A DNA stretch of 64,000 nucleotides from an uncultured Methanolobus sp. (GCA_963675495.1 OY776215.1:192001-256000), one strand, 5' to 3'. Positions 42,401 to 52,636 are shown, counted from the first letter of the stretch. Translations and numbers: made by a program. The notes: generated from the sequence alone by a model not told the origin.

Positions 42401-45400
42401 CGATCTGTACGGTTACACGGATGCTGATGAAGCTACAACGAAAGCAATAGATGCCGACACCGGCCAGCGTATCGACCTGAACTCGGCCAAGACACTCTCT
42501 CGCAGGTTAGGAGTGACCTACAAAGAACTGGTGGACATCATTCAGACCGGATTTATCAATCCAAAACTCGCAGAGATGGCACTCCTTTACAAACTGGGTG
42601 TAACTGTTCAGGATGTACTGCTCTACAGAGACCACAAGCAGCTCCTGGAAGAAGACCAAAGCACTTTGTCGCCAAAAGATCAAATGCTGCTTGAGGAAAT
42701 TAAGGCATTTGAAGAGCGTTTGGACAACCTGAGTGTAACATTCCAGGCTTCAGGCTTCGATGCCAAAGCCTGGATGAACAATGCACTGGATAACAATATC
42801 TTCGATGACATCCTGACACTGACTGATACGGATGGAAGTTTTAACTTCGATCAGACAACTCTCTGCTATTCATTCCGTCAGGCAGAGAATGATCGACAAG
42901 CAGACCCTTTTGCATTTCTAAAGATAAACCTATTCGTTCGTTTATGGCGTAAACTGGGCTGGACCATTGAAGAAACCGACTGTGCCTTGCAGGCTTTTGT
43001 GCCCAAGAATACTCCATATGATGAGCTCCATCTTTCCACATCGCCCCTCAAGACCGCACTTATCTACCTATCCCATCTCAAAGCGCTTGATGAGAAATTG
43101 CATGTCGGAAAACAAAGTCGAATGAAGTTGATTACCTTGTGGTCAGACCTTAACACCAAGGGTAAGAATTCACTCTATGCGCAGCTTTTCCTTACACAGA
43201 GTATGTTAAAAAGTGGAGAAGTTTTTGATGATGTAACAAAGAAGTACATGTCGGTTTTTGATGATCCACTTGGTCAATACCTATCAAAAGTTAGTTTAGA
43301 TACGATGGCGGAACGAATTAAATTCGCAGTTAGTAAAGATAATGTCAAGTTGGCTGACAAAATTAATCCCACTGCCTTCTCTGATTGGTCACAACTGTCT
43401 ATCGACTATGATGAACATCGAGAAATTCAAAGTCTTGCCTATAGGGGAGTGTTGACCAACGAAGACAAAGAACAATTGGAAAAATTATCATCTTCAACGA
43501 TTTTAGAGTCGCTGCTGGGTGCTGTCAAAAACAAGGCTGAAGAATTCAAACTTATCGAAGGCCACTTGCTTGCACTCCAAGGTGGGCTTTGTCTCACTGC
43601 CGATGATATCGACTGTATTCTCACGGATGCAGGTCAATCCATCGAAAAAAGTAAATTGTCCCTTGAAAACGTCTCTTTGCTCTACCGCTACGGTTTACTG
43701 GCCAACGCCCTCAAACTCTCTGTTCAAGAGTTGATCACTCTCAAAACCCTCTCAGGTATCAATCCCTTCAAACCGCTACTTTCTGTTCCTCTAACAAAGA
43801 TTGAAGATGATCATCCTTTCTCCCAGACCCTACGTTTTGTGGAGGTGGTAGAGGAGATCAAAGAAAGTGGATTGAACATCGAGGACCTAGATTACTTGTT
43901 ACTCCATCAAATTGAAGATCCAGTTGGAAAATACCGCCCCGATAAAGAAACCATGCTGGCACTGATGAAGACGCTGGCAGAAGGTATCCGTTCGATTCGC
44001 ACCGAACATGCTGTGCCTGAAGATGCAGGTGCAATCAATGAAGAAACCCTGCGGCAAAAACTTGGAATAATATTTCCATCCGATGTCGTTGATCGCTTTT
44101 TGTCCATGATGAACGGAACCGCAGAATTTACCGCGATCATAAACTATGTGGATTCTAAAATAGGGTTAGATCCAGAAGAATTTACTGGTGAACCATCCAT
44201 TCTTCATGTCAGTTATAACGAAACGAAACATGAGCAGAAACTTACTTTCCGTGGTGTGCTATTCAATAAAAAGAAAACAGCACTTGAAAGAAAATATTCT
44301 TCTGAATTGTTTATGAAGCTTCTAGATGAGATCCAAAATAAACAGAAACAATTCTTCAAAAAATACATGCAGGTATTTTTCGACGACTATAATCAGTTAT
44401 TTTCCGGCAATCCCCCTGAACTGATCAAATCAGAGAAACGGATTGAACTGTTATGGGCTCTAAAATCACACATTGGTGCCCCCGTATTACTCACCGAAGA
44501 TATATTAAAAACACACCTGGGATCAGTATTACCTCCTGATATTGCAGACACTTTCCTAAAAATGCTGGATGGTGATATAGAATATGTTGCTGTTCAAAAG
44601 AATGTTGAACCATCTGACAAGCTTGACCAAAATGATTTTGAAAAGCTAAAAATCGATGTAAGTTATGATGAGGAGAACAAAAAGCAGACTTTGACCTACA
44701 AAGGAGTACTGCTGGAAGCAAAAAGTATAGTGCTCAAGGAAAAATGTCCGAAGCCACTGTTTGCAAAGCTGCTTGATGATATTCAGAACCAAGCAAGAGA
44801 TTTCTATGAACAGAACCTACTTGGTATTTTTTCGAGTGACGATTTCAAAATGCTGTTCACTCCAATACACCCCAGTTTAAATGAGAAGGAGAAAGAAAAA
44901 TTAAGAGAAGAAAAAGATGCAATGTTGGAAAAAGCATTGCTTTTCTATATTTTGATTGTTGATTCGTCCCTCTTTTCAGAAAAATCGCTCAAAGATAATC
45001 TTAAATCAACAAGGCCGCTTGAAGTAGTTCCAGACACTTTCCTAAAAATGCTGGATGGTGATATAGAATATGTTGCTGTTCAAAAGAATGTTGTACCATC
45101 TGACAAGCTTGACCAAAATGATTTTGAAAAGCTAAAAATCGATGTAAGTTATGATGAGGAGAAGAAAAAGCAGACTTTGACCTACAAAGGAGTACTGCTG
45201 GAAGCAAAAAGTATAGTGCTCAAGGAAAAATGTCCGAAGCCACTGTTTGCAAAGCTGCTTGATGATATTCAGAACCAAGCAAGAGATTTCTATGAACAGA
45301 ACCTGCAAAATTTCCTTTTAGATAATGTATTCAATTTGTTGTTCATGGTCGTCCCAACAGGCTTAAACGAGACCTTGAAACAAAGCATAATACGCAAGCA

Positions 45401-48400
45401 GCGAACCACTTTGATTGATGCGTTCTTGCCATTCCAACAGCAGCAATTGATTAAGCAATTCATTATACAGACACTGACAGCTCAGACAGGCGCTGACCCA
45501 GTATTGATGGAGAGTCTGCTCACCGATGCTCGGCTGCTCAGAGAGACAAAAACAACAGATAATCCACAGCCTTTACTGAATGCTTTCACAGGTTTGGTGG
45601 ATAAAGATGAAATTTTGTTCAAGCCAGATGAGACAAACAGTGCTCTATTTGAAGGCTATCTGGAAGTCCCAGCGCCTGGACCTTATAGATTCTACATAGA
45701 ACGGGATAAGCAAGACACTGATGTTGAGTTACGCTTCGATCATTTACCAAATCCTTTGTTCTTAAGTGGCACAGAGGCTGATGAGATGAATGAGATCAGT
45801 GATTTCCTTGAACTAAAACCGGGGATACTCTATCGCTTCAGCCTGAAACTAAAGGGACGGAGCAGAGGTGACGTGCGGTTCATGGTGCAGGGTGAAAACC
45901 TGCCCAAGGATAATCTGGCACAACAACTTACGTTTTATCCATTGAATGTTATTGAGCGTGGTGAACATGCCTGGATCCTGCTAAATAAGGTATTACATCT
46001 CACCCAGAATCTCAATTTGAATGAGCGTGAGATGCGCTACCTGCTCACGCACGTTGCTGACTTTGACAAACTGAACCTCAGCAAATTACCCACTCAGGAA
46101 AGCAAAGATACATCATCCGAAGCAATAGAACTTTTTACACTGTTTCTACATCTGGCCAGATATGCCCATGTCAAGCGTAATCTGGCAGGTGGCATGGATG
46201 ATCTCATAGGCGTATTTGAAGCAAATGAAGTTGATAATATGGATGAAGTCTATAAGCTGATCGCCAATATTACGCGGCGTGACGAGTCAACGGTCAAGGA
46301 TACTGCTAACGTCTTATTTACCACGCCCGCTTTTGCAGATGAACTGGCAGTGCAGCGATTGTGGGAGGCACTACAAATCATCGAGCGCATTGGGGTGTCC
46401 GTTACCACCATTGTTGAATGGACCCAGATAGTCAATATGTCTACACCCGAGAAGCGCTTCTCCATAGCTCGCGATATGAAGGAAGCGATTAAAATACACT
46501 TTGAGCCTGAGACATGGCTACGCGTCGCTCGCCCCATCTTCAATAAGCTACGTCAGTATCAGCGTGATGCACTGGTTGCTTACGTCATGCACCAGCAAGA
46601 GTTCACACGCATAGAGCAGCTTTACGAGTATTTCCTGATTGATCCTGGCATGGAACCAGTTGTACAAACTTCTCGCATTCGCCTAGCGATTGCGTCAGTG
46701 CAGTTGTTCATCCAGCGCTGCCTACTCAATCTTGAAAAGGATGTGCATCCATCGGTCATAAACTCCAGAAAGTGGGAATGGATGAAGCGTTACCGCGTTT
46801 GGGAAGCAAACCGTAAGATATTCCTTTTCCCAGAAAACTGGTTAGAGCCTGAGTTCCGTGATGACAAGACGAATCTATTTAGCGAATTAGAAGGCAACCT
46901 CTTGCAGGGTGATGTATCCAGTGATCTTGTTGAAGATGCATTTCTTAATTACCTGAAAAAACTGGAAGAACTGGCCAGACTGGATATCGTAGCTATGCAT
47001 CTGGAGGACAAGGCAGACCCCACTTTGAACACCCTACACGTGATAGGGCGTACCTACAGCCAGCCCAATAAGTATTTCTATCGTCACTATACCCACCAGG
47101 TATGGACACCGTGGGAACCAGTGACTGCTGAAATAGAAGGTGACCACTTGGCACCGATTGTGTGGCGCAACCGGTTGTATTTGTTCTGGGTGACATTTAT
47201 GGACAAGGCGGATCAGGCTCCTACCACGGAATCTTCAAATGATGATTGCCAAAACGAGACGGACGAGAATGAAGATGATCCTAAATTGTCTAATCTAAAA
47301 CTATCAAAAATGATGACATACCTGAAATCTCAGGTTAGCAAGAAGAAAGTAGAAGTACAACTTCACTGGAGCGAATATCTCCAAGGTGAATGGAGTACCC
47401 GTGAGTCCGGCAGCTTTTCTGCTTCGATCTCAAAAGCTGTTGATAGCACTTTTAATCCCAAGTCGGTATTCATTCATGTTTCCAAAGAACAATACGAAAA
47501 TGGTGAAGAGCGCGGAGTATACATCCACCTGGGAGGTGACATAAACCAGGCATTTTACTTGGCTGGTCGAAACAGCATCCCAGAACCAAGTATTCGTGAA
47601 CATGAACCCACAATGCCTTATATTCATACCGGTGTGAATGCTAATCGTTATTCGGCCAGAGACGCACTCACGGTTGAATTTAAGGGGCGTATCATCACAG
47701 AAAATGAAAAAACACCAGTATATACGGTAGAAACACCAAGCATCCTACAGAGGGGTGGAGGATACACACTGCTACCGTGTAACAACAATATTACGCTCAG
47801 TGCTCCAGATGCAAACCGTTCAACGGCGGTTGCCAAGGCTATCGAGACTGGCTTCTCCGAGATTGTGTCGCTGATGAAACCAATATTTTACCAGGACAAC
47901 GCTCACACATTTTATATCGAACCCAACGTTATCGAGCGCACCATTGAAGAATGGAATGAGTGGGTGGTACGCACACCCCAACCAGAGCAAGAATATAATC
48001 ATCAGGAATGGTGGAATAACGTTGCTGTAATCCCAGCGACACCAAAAGATCAGTTGTCTATAGATCTAACCACTACTGTCTGCCGCTCTCCTGAATCGAT
48101 TACTGATGTTGAGGCAGGAATGGATTGGCTGAATAATTCATTCACATGTGTCTTTTTAGATGGTGATTTAATTGGACCACGTGGCTTGATGGAAATGAAT
48201 GTACGAGATCTGATCGAATCCGCAGAATCCTTAGCACGAATTCAGTTGGTAAATATCCACACTGGCAGTGAATTCGTATCTGATAAAACTGTTTTGACTG
48301 TGGAAAAGGATGCATTTGACCAGGCTGGTCTTGTTCAAGATGCTGGCGGGATAAATGTGGTTGGAAGTAGTGGATTCAGCTCTGCACTGGAACAGAACTT

Positions 48401-48464
48401 TACTGCGCACAAGCTAGGCTTCAGTACGAATAAAGTAGACAATCGATCTGTCAGGAGGGATTAA
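39486..48464 (+). CDS. TcA shell subunit (PG-binding-like N-terminus, VRP1/SpvA, ABC_toxin_N, neuraminidase-like)
   Basis: GSDVTNLQNAL...VKIFQEEQKL-x-x-SGNVD; SLFGSMDFCECEHCRSVLSPAAYLVDLL; RRPDI; LYEYFLID, TSRIRLAIASVQLFIQRCLLNLE, YRVWEANRKIFLFPENWLEPE. Confidence 0.9.
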   Translation: MNMNEITFPLGPEMRGSDVTNLQNALLLFLDLSIFLQGDEDTKKYLSDAVKSENNKQTYYKATHELVKIFQEEQKLKVSGNVDKATASVINATLRKIGLLDEQKKVTSIGTFDKKYTVICQVIDLQDNPIIGLQVQAFDHDPISPHEPLGEMLTTNDGGIANIHFRQSDLTEHPEGEGPNIYFKVYRKNTLLEYTLPKDENDNGVLQGFKTQHDPITIQIEKHHVVKGYIVLENGVPAQNLELLIYNREFGEKDGLLIDKTKTNNKGHYTLTYNPDGEIHNLDVRIRDPKDPQKEIPLAKTRFNASSYEVLNLVAPALSLQSEYQRLKMDLKSHVSDMNKLTDVVENTEQRDLTILNRATGWDARLIALASVAAKLNAESDIGLSQEVLYGLFRVGLPFDKHQLAQVSVEAVDLALKKGREAGIIDLSDSQLKNAKEQFETFSLNTRLEIPAPGSQSTYNDLLNSVNLDKKTRDKFASLFLKHRGDAAQLWEEAANNNIESEDIKVLQLQGKLAFLTRNSKTMTNLLQEKMEVSDPVELVEQSYYKPEIWKAKINDLAGIEELIPLAYEAENVDDRLNAYAEDMARKVRLSYPTQVIRHMIEQDEDDELFKLGSARLATAALLKKAVTLGFRFGQTPVEAFLRDHHDKLNDIDTNEFESAKQGMKTLQCVYQLTPDNESMIVLLNSGLTSAYDVGAFSQKEFLKSYGHKFPSLEQAKLIHRKAEQVSNVTHNLLTIFKKLDSDVTIYGMSAPEEVRENTKKELIKQFPTLESLFGSMDFCECEHCRSVLSPAAYLVDLLQFIDDEKKPYDVLIERRPDIPHIPLTCENTNIALPYIDVVNEILEYYVANNKELDEKAAYDTGNATTEELMAEPQNVITKAYDELQKARYPLNLPFDLWIDTVRQFCNHFETPLWKLLEVFRKGDELSVHTQPYDWEAIFIESLGMSPAEYAIFTDQDPLDEWYEPDPHDKWYDLYGYTDADEATTKAIDADTGQRIDLNSAKTLSRRLGVTYKELVDIIQTGFINPKLAEMALLYKLGVTVQDVLLYRDHKQLLEEDQSTLSPKDQMLLEEIKAFEERLDNLSVTFQASGFDAKAWMNNALDNNIFDDILTLTDTDGSFNFDQTTLCYSFRQAENDRQADPFAFLKINLFVRLWRKLGWTIEETDCALQAFVPKNTPYDELHLSTSPLKTALIYLSHLKALDEKLHVGKQSRMKLITLWSDLNTKGKNSLYAQLFLTQSMLKSGEVFDDVTKKYMSVFDDPLGQYLSKVSLDTMAERIKFAVSKDNVKLADKINPTAFSDWSQLSIDYDEHREIQSLAYRGVLTNEDKEQLEKLSSSTILESLLGAVKNKAEEFKLIEGHLLALQGGLCLTADDIDCILTDAGQSIEKSKLSLENVSLLYRYGLLANALKLSVQELITLKTLSGINPFKPLLSVPLTKIEDDHPFSQTLRFVEVVEEIKESGLNIEDLDYLLLHQIEDPVGKYRPDKETMLALMKTLAEGIRSIRTEHAVPEDAGAINEETLRQKLGIIFPSDVVDRFLSMMNGTAEFTAIINYVDSKIGLDPEEFTGEPSILHVSYNETKHEQKLTFRGVLFNKKKTALERKYSSELFMKLLDEIQNKQKQFFKKYMQVFFDDYNQLFSGNPPELIKSEKRIELLWALKSHIGAPVLLTEDILKTHLGSVLPPDIADTFLKMLDGDIEYVAVQKNVEPSDKLDQNDFEKLKIDVSYDEENKKQTLTYKGVLLEAKSIVLKEKCPKPLFAKLLDDIQNQARDFYEQNLLGIFSSDDFKMLFTPIHPSLNEKEKEKLREEKDAMLEKALLFYILIVDSSLFSEKSLKDNLKSTRPLEVVPDTFLKMLDGDIEYVAVQKNVVPSDKLDQNDFEKLKIDVSYDEEKKKQTLTYKGVLLEAKSIVLKEKCPKPLFAKLLDDIQNQARDFYEQNLQNFLLDNVFNLLFMVVPTGLNETLKQSIIRKQRTTLIDAFLPFQQQQLIKQFIIQTLTAQTGADPVLMESLLTDARLLRETKTTDNPQPLLNAFTGLVDKDEILFKPDETNSALFEGYLEVPAPGPYRFYIERDKQDTDVELRFDHLPNPLFLSGTEADEMNEISDFLELKPGILYRFSLKLKGRSRGDVRFMVQGENLPKDNLAQQLTFYPLNVIERGEHAWILLNKVLHLTQNLNLNEREMRYLLTHVADFDKLNLSKLPTQESKDTSSEAIELFTLFLHLARYAHVKRNLAGGMDDLIGVFEANEVDNMDEVYKLIANITRRDESTVKDTANVLFTTPAFADELAVQRLWEALQIIERIGVSVTTIVEWTQIVNMSTPEKRFSIARDMKEAIKIHFEPETWLRVARPIFNKLRQYQRDALVAYVMHQQEFTRIEQLYEYFLIDPGMEPVVQTSRIRLAIASVQLFIQRCLLNLEKDVHPSVINSRKWEWMKRYRVWEANRKIFLFPENWLEPEFRDDKTNLFSELEGNLLQGDVSSDLVEDAFLNYLKKLEELARLDIVAMHLEDKADPTLNTLHVIGRTYSQPNKYFYRHYTHQVWTPWEPVTAEIEGDHLAPIVWRNRLYLFWVTFMDKADQAPTTESSNDDCQNETDENEDDPKLSNLKLSKMMTYLKSQVSKKKVEVQLHWSEYLQGEWSTRESGSFSASISKAVDSTFNPKSVFIHVSKEQYENGEERGVYIHLGGDINQAFYLAGRNSIPEPSIREHEPTMPYIHTGVNANRYSARDALTVEFKGRIITENEKTPVYTVETPSILQRGGGYTLLPCNNNITLSAPDANRSTAVAKAIETGFSEIVSLMKPIFYQDNAHTFYIEPNVIERTIEEWNEWVVRTPQPEQEYNHQEWWNNVAVIPATPKDQLSIDLTTTVCRSPESITDVEAGMDWLNNSFTCVFLDGDLIGPRGLMEMNVRDLIESAESLARIQLVNIHTGSEFVSDKTVLTVEKDAFDQAGLVQDAGGINVVGSSGFSSALEQNFTAHKLGFSTNKVDNRSVRRD
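44545..45304 (+). repeat. 274-bp near-perfect in-frame direct repeat within tcA (44545-44818 and 45031-45304)
   Basis: Offset 486 bp; two mismatches seen (GAA/GTA, AAC/AAG). Confidence 0.95.
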
Positions 48465-48465
48465 A

Positions 48466-51400
48466 ATGAGCAACGAAATAAAAGGTACTAAACATTTTCA
48501 CGGACACTCAGATACCGAAACTGTTTCCAAAACAGGTCATTTTGTTGAAACAAATGAGATGAACCACTTCATCATTCAGGAGCGCGAGGTAAGCTATCGC
48601 TTCGACCCTCATTTTCATCCATATGTAGGCCAGCTGATGCAGCGGCTGCTCCAAAAGTCCACAGCCGGCTTGCAAGCGGCGGATACGGAATACAATAACG
48701 CCTCTCTTCCTGGTAGTGTCGAAGTAGAGCTAGGTAAAAATACAAGCGTGAGTATTCCCGCTGGCTCAATTATTGCACTTTTTGCCGACCTGCAAGCCAC
48801 TCTCCCGGGAGACGTACCTATTGCTCTGTCAACTAATATGCAGTTCAAAGTCACAAACACAGCACAGGTTGCAGTACCCGACGATTTGAGCGTAAAATTG
48901 ATTGATGGAATGACAGAAACTCCGATCGCAGGTACTTCATTCAATTTGTCACAGAACATGTCGGCTATTGTTGGAATTGGCATCAAGATAACCTTTGAGG
49001 TGGCAACACAGATCACGCTTCACAATGGTACTCAGGCAACTATTGCTGAGGGTACTCAGGTACTCCTTCTCAGGGATACTCAATTCACTATTCCTAACAG
49101 CACACAAGTCACACTTCTTCGTAGCCAACTAAGGCCTGTGTTGTACGCAGACATCTTTTCACCTACGCGTTACGATCCAACATCATTGGTGCAGCGCCCT
49201 TATCCGGTCAAGGACCTTGACTTCACCTTCGGTGGTGCCTACTCGATCTATAATTGGGAGTTGTTCTTCCATGTGCCGATCACTATCGCCATTCATCTTA
49301 GCAAGAACCAGCGCTTTGCTGAAGCACAGCGTTGGTTCCACTTGCTCTTTGATCCTACTGATGATAGCGATGGCCCTACTCCAGAACGTTTCTGGAAAGT
49401 ATATCCATTCCAGCATACCGATGTTAAAAAGATAGAGGAGTTACTTGTCAATCTTACCACAGATGCCGACCCGACTTTGCGTAATGAGACGATCCGCAGC
49501 ATTGAGGCCTGGAAGAATGCACCATTCCGACCACATGTCATCGCCAGCTATCGGCAGCAAGCCTATATGTATAAGACAGTGATGGCATATCTGGATAATC
49601 TGATCTCCTGGGGTGACTCCTTATTCCGTCAGGACACTGGAGAGGCCATTGACGAGGCCATGATGGTATACGTGCTGGCCGCTAATATCCTCGGCCCCCG
49701 GCCTATGTCAGTGCCCAAGAAAGGGTCGGTGCGCCCCCAGACCTATGCCAACCTGCGTTCTGATCTGGATAAGTTCGGCAATGCCATGCGTGATATAGAA
49801 GCGGATGTCCCGTTTGATTTGATGCCTTTTCCCACAGAGGAGACAGACGATAACGACCGAATGACGACAATACATAGTCTGGGCAAGGCCCTCTATTTCT
49901 GTGTGCCACGTAATGATAAGATGCTGGCCTACTGGGACACTGTGGCCGATCGCCTGTTCAAGATCCGCAACAGCCTGAACATCCAGGGTACCTTCCGTCA
50001 GTTGGCGCTTTTTGAGCCACCCATTGATCCGGCCTTGCTGGCGAGAGCAGCAGCATCCGGCCTGGATGTGGGTTCTATCATCAATGGATTGAACCAACCA
50101 TTACCTCTTGTGCGCTTCCAGTTACTGGTGCAAAAAGCAGCCGAGATTTGCCAAGAAGTCAAGTCGTTGGGTAATAATCTACTCTCTGTGATGGAGAAGG
50201 GAGACGGTGAAGCACTGGCCATTCTGCGCGCCAAGCATGAGCGTGTTGTCATGGAGATGGTCGAGCAAGTGAGGTACGGGCAACTTCAGGAAACTACCAA
50301 GTCCAAGGAGGGTTTGTTCAAGTCACTGGCTCTGGCTGTACAGCGCTACACCTACTACGAGCAACAACTGGGCAGGAAAATTGATGAGATTGAGAAGTCA
50401 ATTCCTGAATTGGGCGAGTTTGACAAAGACAGCCTGGAAAAGATGAAGTTTTCTATGGAAGAGCCGGAGATGGAATTACGTGAGATAGAGGTGGATATTG
50501 CCCAAGACTTGGGGAATGAGGGCGATGGCAGGAAATTGAATGCACAAGAGACGGAAGAGATTAAGGAGATCGAAAAATCTCGTGGAGACCAAGAGGCTGC
50601 TGCGGGAATTGACAAGATAGGCGCCACTTTAGCACTAATACCCGACTTTACGTTCAACTTCCAGCCATTTGGTGCGGGATCTTCGATTGGTTCTTATGGA
50701 GGTGGGAAACTCTTCAATGCTTCTTCTTTAATTTCCAGTTTCTGGAGATCTGACGCTGATGAGCACATTTACAAAGCAGGCAAGTCTGCTAGAATCGGAA
50801 CGTATACCCGCCGTGAGCAGGATTGGTCATTCCAAAGCAACCTTGCCGCAGGTGAGATTTCCCAGATATTCAAACAACTACGTGCGGCCCAGATTCGTGA
50901 GGCCATCGCCGAGCTGGAGTTGAAAAACCACCGGCAGCAGATGAAGCACGCCGAAGAGATCGAGCGTTTCCTGAACGAGGAAGGTACCGAGAGTAAGGGG
51001 AAGCAGACTAACAAGGCGATGTATGCCTGGATGAAACGTGAGGTAAAAGGATTATATGCACAATGCTTCCAGCTTTCCTTCGACATTGCCAAAAAAGCCG
51101 AGCGTGCCTTGCAGCATGAACTGGGCAACCCGGAACTTAGCTATCTTGAATTTGGATACCTTGCTGGAAAAGAAGGCCTGTTGGCAGGAGATAAGCTTTA
51201 CTTTGACATCAAACGTATGGAAATGGCCTACCATGACCTAAACCAGCGGGAATATGAGCTGACCAAGCATGTTAGCCTTCTTCAGGTAGACCCTCTTGCA
51301 CTGCTGCAACTACGTTCGACTGGACGGTGCACGGTGAAACTGCCTGAGGAACTGTTCGATATGGATTGCCCTGGACATTACTTCCGTCGCATCAAAACAG

Positions 51401-52221
51401 TATCGCTAAGTATCCCATGCGTGACAGGTCCTTATGCTAGCATTAATTGCACGCTGACACTACTGAAGAGCAGAATTCGCAAGACACAAGTGCTAGGCGA
51501 CATATATGCACGTGTGGATGCTGAAGATAGTCGGTTTGATGACTACTTTGGAAGTCTCCAATCTATCGTCACCAGCTCCGCCCAAAACGATAGTGGATTG
51601 TTCGAAACCAACCTTCATGACGAGCGTTATTTGCCTTTTGAAGGAGCTGGGGTAATCAGTGAATGGCAATTAGAACTGCCTGCTGATGTGCGCCAGTTCG
51701 ACTATGATACAATTTCAGACGTAATCCTTCATTTGCGTTATACAGCTCGTGAAGGTGGTAGCTTGCTCCGAAACGGAGCGGTCGAGAACATTAAAACGAA
51801 GATCGAAGAAGCACATGCTGCTGGGTCAGTGCGGCTTTTCTCCATGCGACATGAGTTTCCTACCGAGTGGGCTGAGTTCAGGAGCATAGAGGCAGTAAGC
51901 TCGGATAAGCCCGCAGGATTAACAATCAACCTTAAGCCAGAACATTATCCATTCTGGAGCAAGGGATTTCTGGAAACTGCAACTATAAATGAGCTAATGT
52001 TGTTAAGTAAAACATCTTTGAATCCAGAAATCTCTGATAAGGTCACCGAAGAAGGTAAACTCGACGGGGAAGGGAAAATCTCATTGGATGGTAAATTGGG
52101 AGAATTGCGGACTGGTAAACTTAAGAACGCTGAGAACCTCTCTCCGACCGGTCCACTTACCTTATTTTTCAGTAGTAACTCAATGGAAGACATATTCTTA
52201 GTGTTGACATGGGGTAAATGA
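48466..52221 (+). CDS. TcA pore-forming / TcB-binding subunit
   Basis: YNWELFFHVP, FAEAQRWFH, PFRPH, YWDTVADRLFKIRN, LFEPPIDP, GLLAGDKL, YLPFEGAGVISEWQLELP, ISDVILHLRYTA; starts 1 bp after the tcA shell gene. Confidence 0.92.
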   Translation: MSNEIKGTKHFHGHSDTETVSKTGHFVETNEMNHFIIQEREVSYRFDPHFHPYVGQLMQRLLQKSTAGLQAADTEYNNASLPGSVEVELGKNTSVSIPAGSIIALFADLQATLPGDVPIALSTNMQFKVTNTAQVAVPDDLSVKLIDGMTETPIAGTSFNLSQNMSAIVGIGIKITFEVATQITLHNGTQATIAEGTQVLLLRDTQFTIPNSTQVTLLRSQLRPVLYADIFSPTRYDPTSLVQRPYPVKDLDFTFGGAYSIYNWELFFHVPITIAIHLSKNQRFAEAQRWFHLLFDPTDDSDGPTPERFWKVYPFQHTDVKKIEELLVNLTTDADPTLRNETIRSIEAWKNAPFRPHVIASYRQQAYMYKTVMAYLDNLISWGDSLFRQDTGEAIDEAMMVYVLAANILGPRPMSVPKKGSVRPQTYANLRSDLDKFGNAMRDIEADVPFDLMPFPTEETDDNDRMTTIHSLGKALYFCVPRNDKMLAYWDTVADRLFKIRNSLNIQGTFRQLALFEPPIDPALLARAAASGLDVGSIINGLNQPLPLVRFQLLVQKAAEICQEVKSLGNNLLSVMEKGDGEALAILRAKHERVVMEMVEQVRYGQLQETTKSKEGLFKSLALAVQRYTYYEQQLGRKIDEIEKSIPELGEFDKDSLEKMKFSMEEPEMELREIEVDIAQDLGNEGDGRKLNAQETEEIKEIEKSRGDQEAAAGIDKIGATLALIPDFTFNFQPFGAGSSIGSYGGGKLFNASSLISSFWRSDADEHIYKAGKSARIGTYTRREQDWSFQSNLAAGEISQIFKQLRAAQIREAIAELELKNHRQQMKHAEEIERFLNEEGTESKGKQTNKAMYAWMKREVKGLYAQCFQLSFDIAKKAERALQHELGNPELSYLEFGYLAGKEGLLAGDKLYFDIKRMEMAYHDLNQREYELTKHVSLLQVDPLALLQLRSTGRCTVKLPEELFDMDCPGHYFRRIKTVSLSIPCVTGPYASINCTLTLLKSRIRKTQVLGDIYARVDAEDSRFDDYFGSLQSIVTSSAQNDSGLFETNLHDERYLPFEGAGVISEWQLELPADVRQFDYDTISDVILHLRYTAREGGSLLRNGAVENIKTKIEEAHAAGSVRLFSMRHEFPTEWAEFRSIEAVSSDKPAGLTINLKPEHYPFWSKGFLETATINELMLLSKTSLNPEISDKVTEEGKLDGEGKISLDGKLGELRTGKLKNAENLSPTGPLTLFFSSNSMEDIFLVLTWGK

Positions 52222-52636
52222 TAGTAAGGTGATAGATGAAAAAGCAGTCGTTATAACAAGAAAAAGTATGTCATTCGGACCTCACTTTTTTTAGGTTTAC
52301 GCTTTTACGGGCTCTGTAGAAAGCCTATCTAGATTACAATCAATAGGCTATATTTGGGGTTATATTCTATGATTAAGCAAGATATACTCCTATTTTTTTA
52401 CTAGAATAAAAAAACTAAATATTAGTAATAGACGCTTGCAAAATTAATTTCTTTAAGTGAGCGCAGATAACCTTGTAAGATTATCTCCAGAAAAAACCTA
52501 ATCTCCAGTTTATTCTACATTTATGATAGAGAATCGCGTTCCACAAAAACAGACACATTCTATTTTATTTATAATTTTAAATAATATACTCAATTATGCT
52601 TATTGCCATAAACATCATGTTAAAAATAGGGTTAGC

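Noticed and set aside
52523-52636. ORF-track start of the propeller protein
   Set aside because: The signal peptide/lipobox begins at the ATG at 52637.
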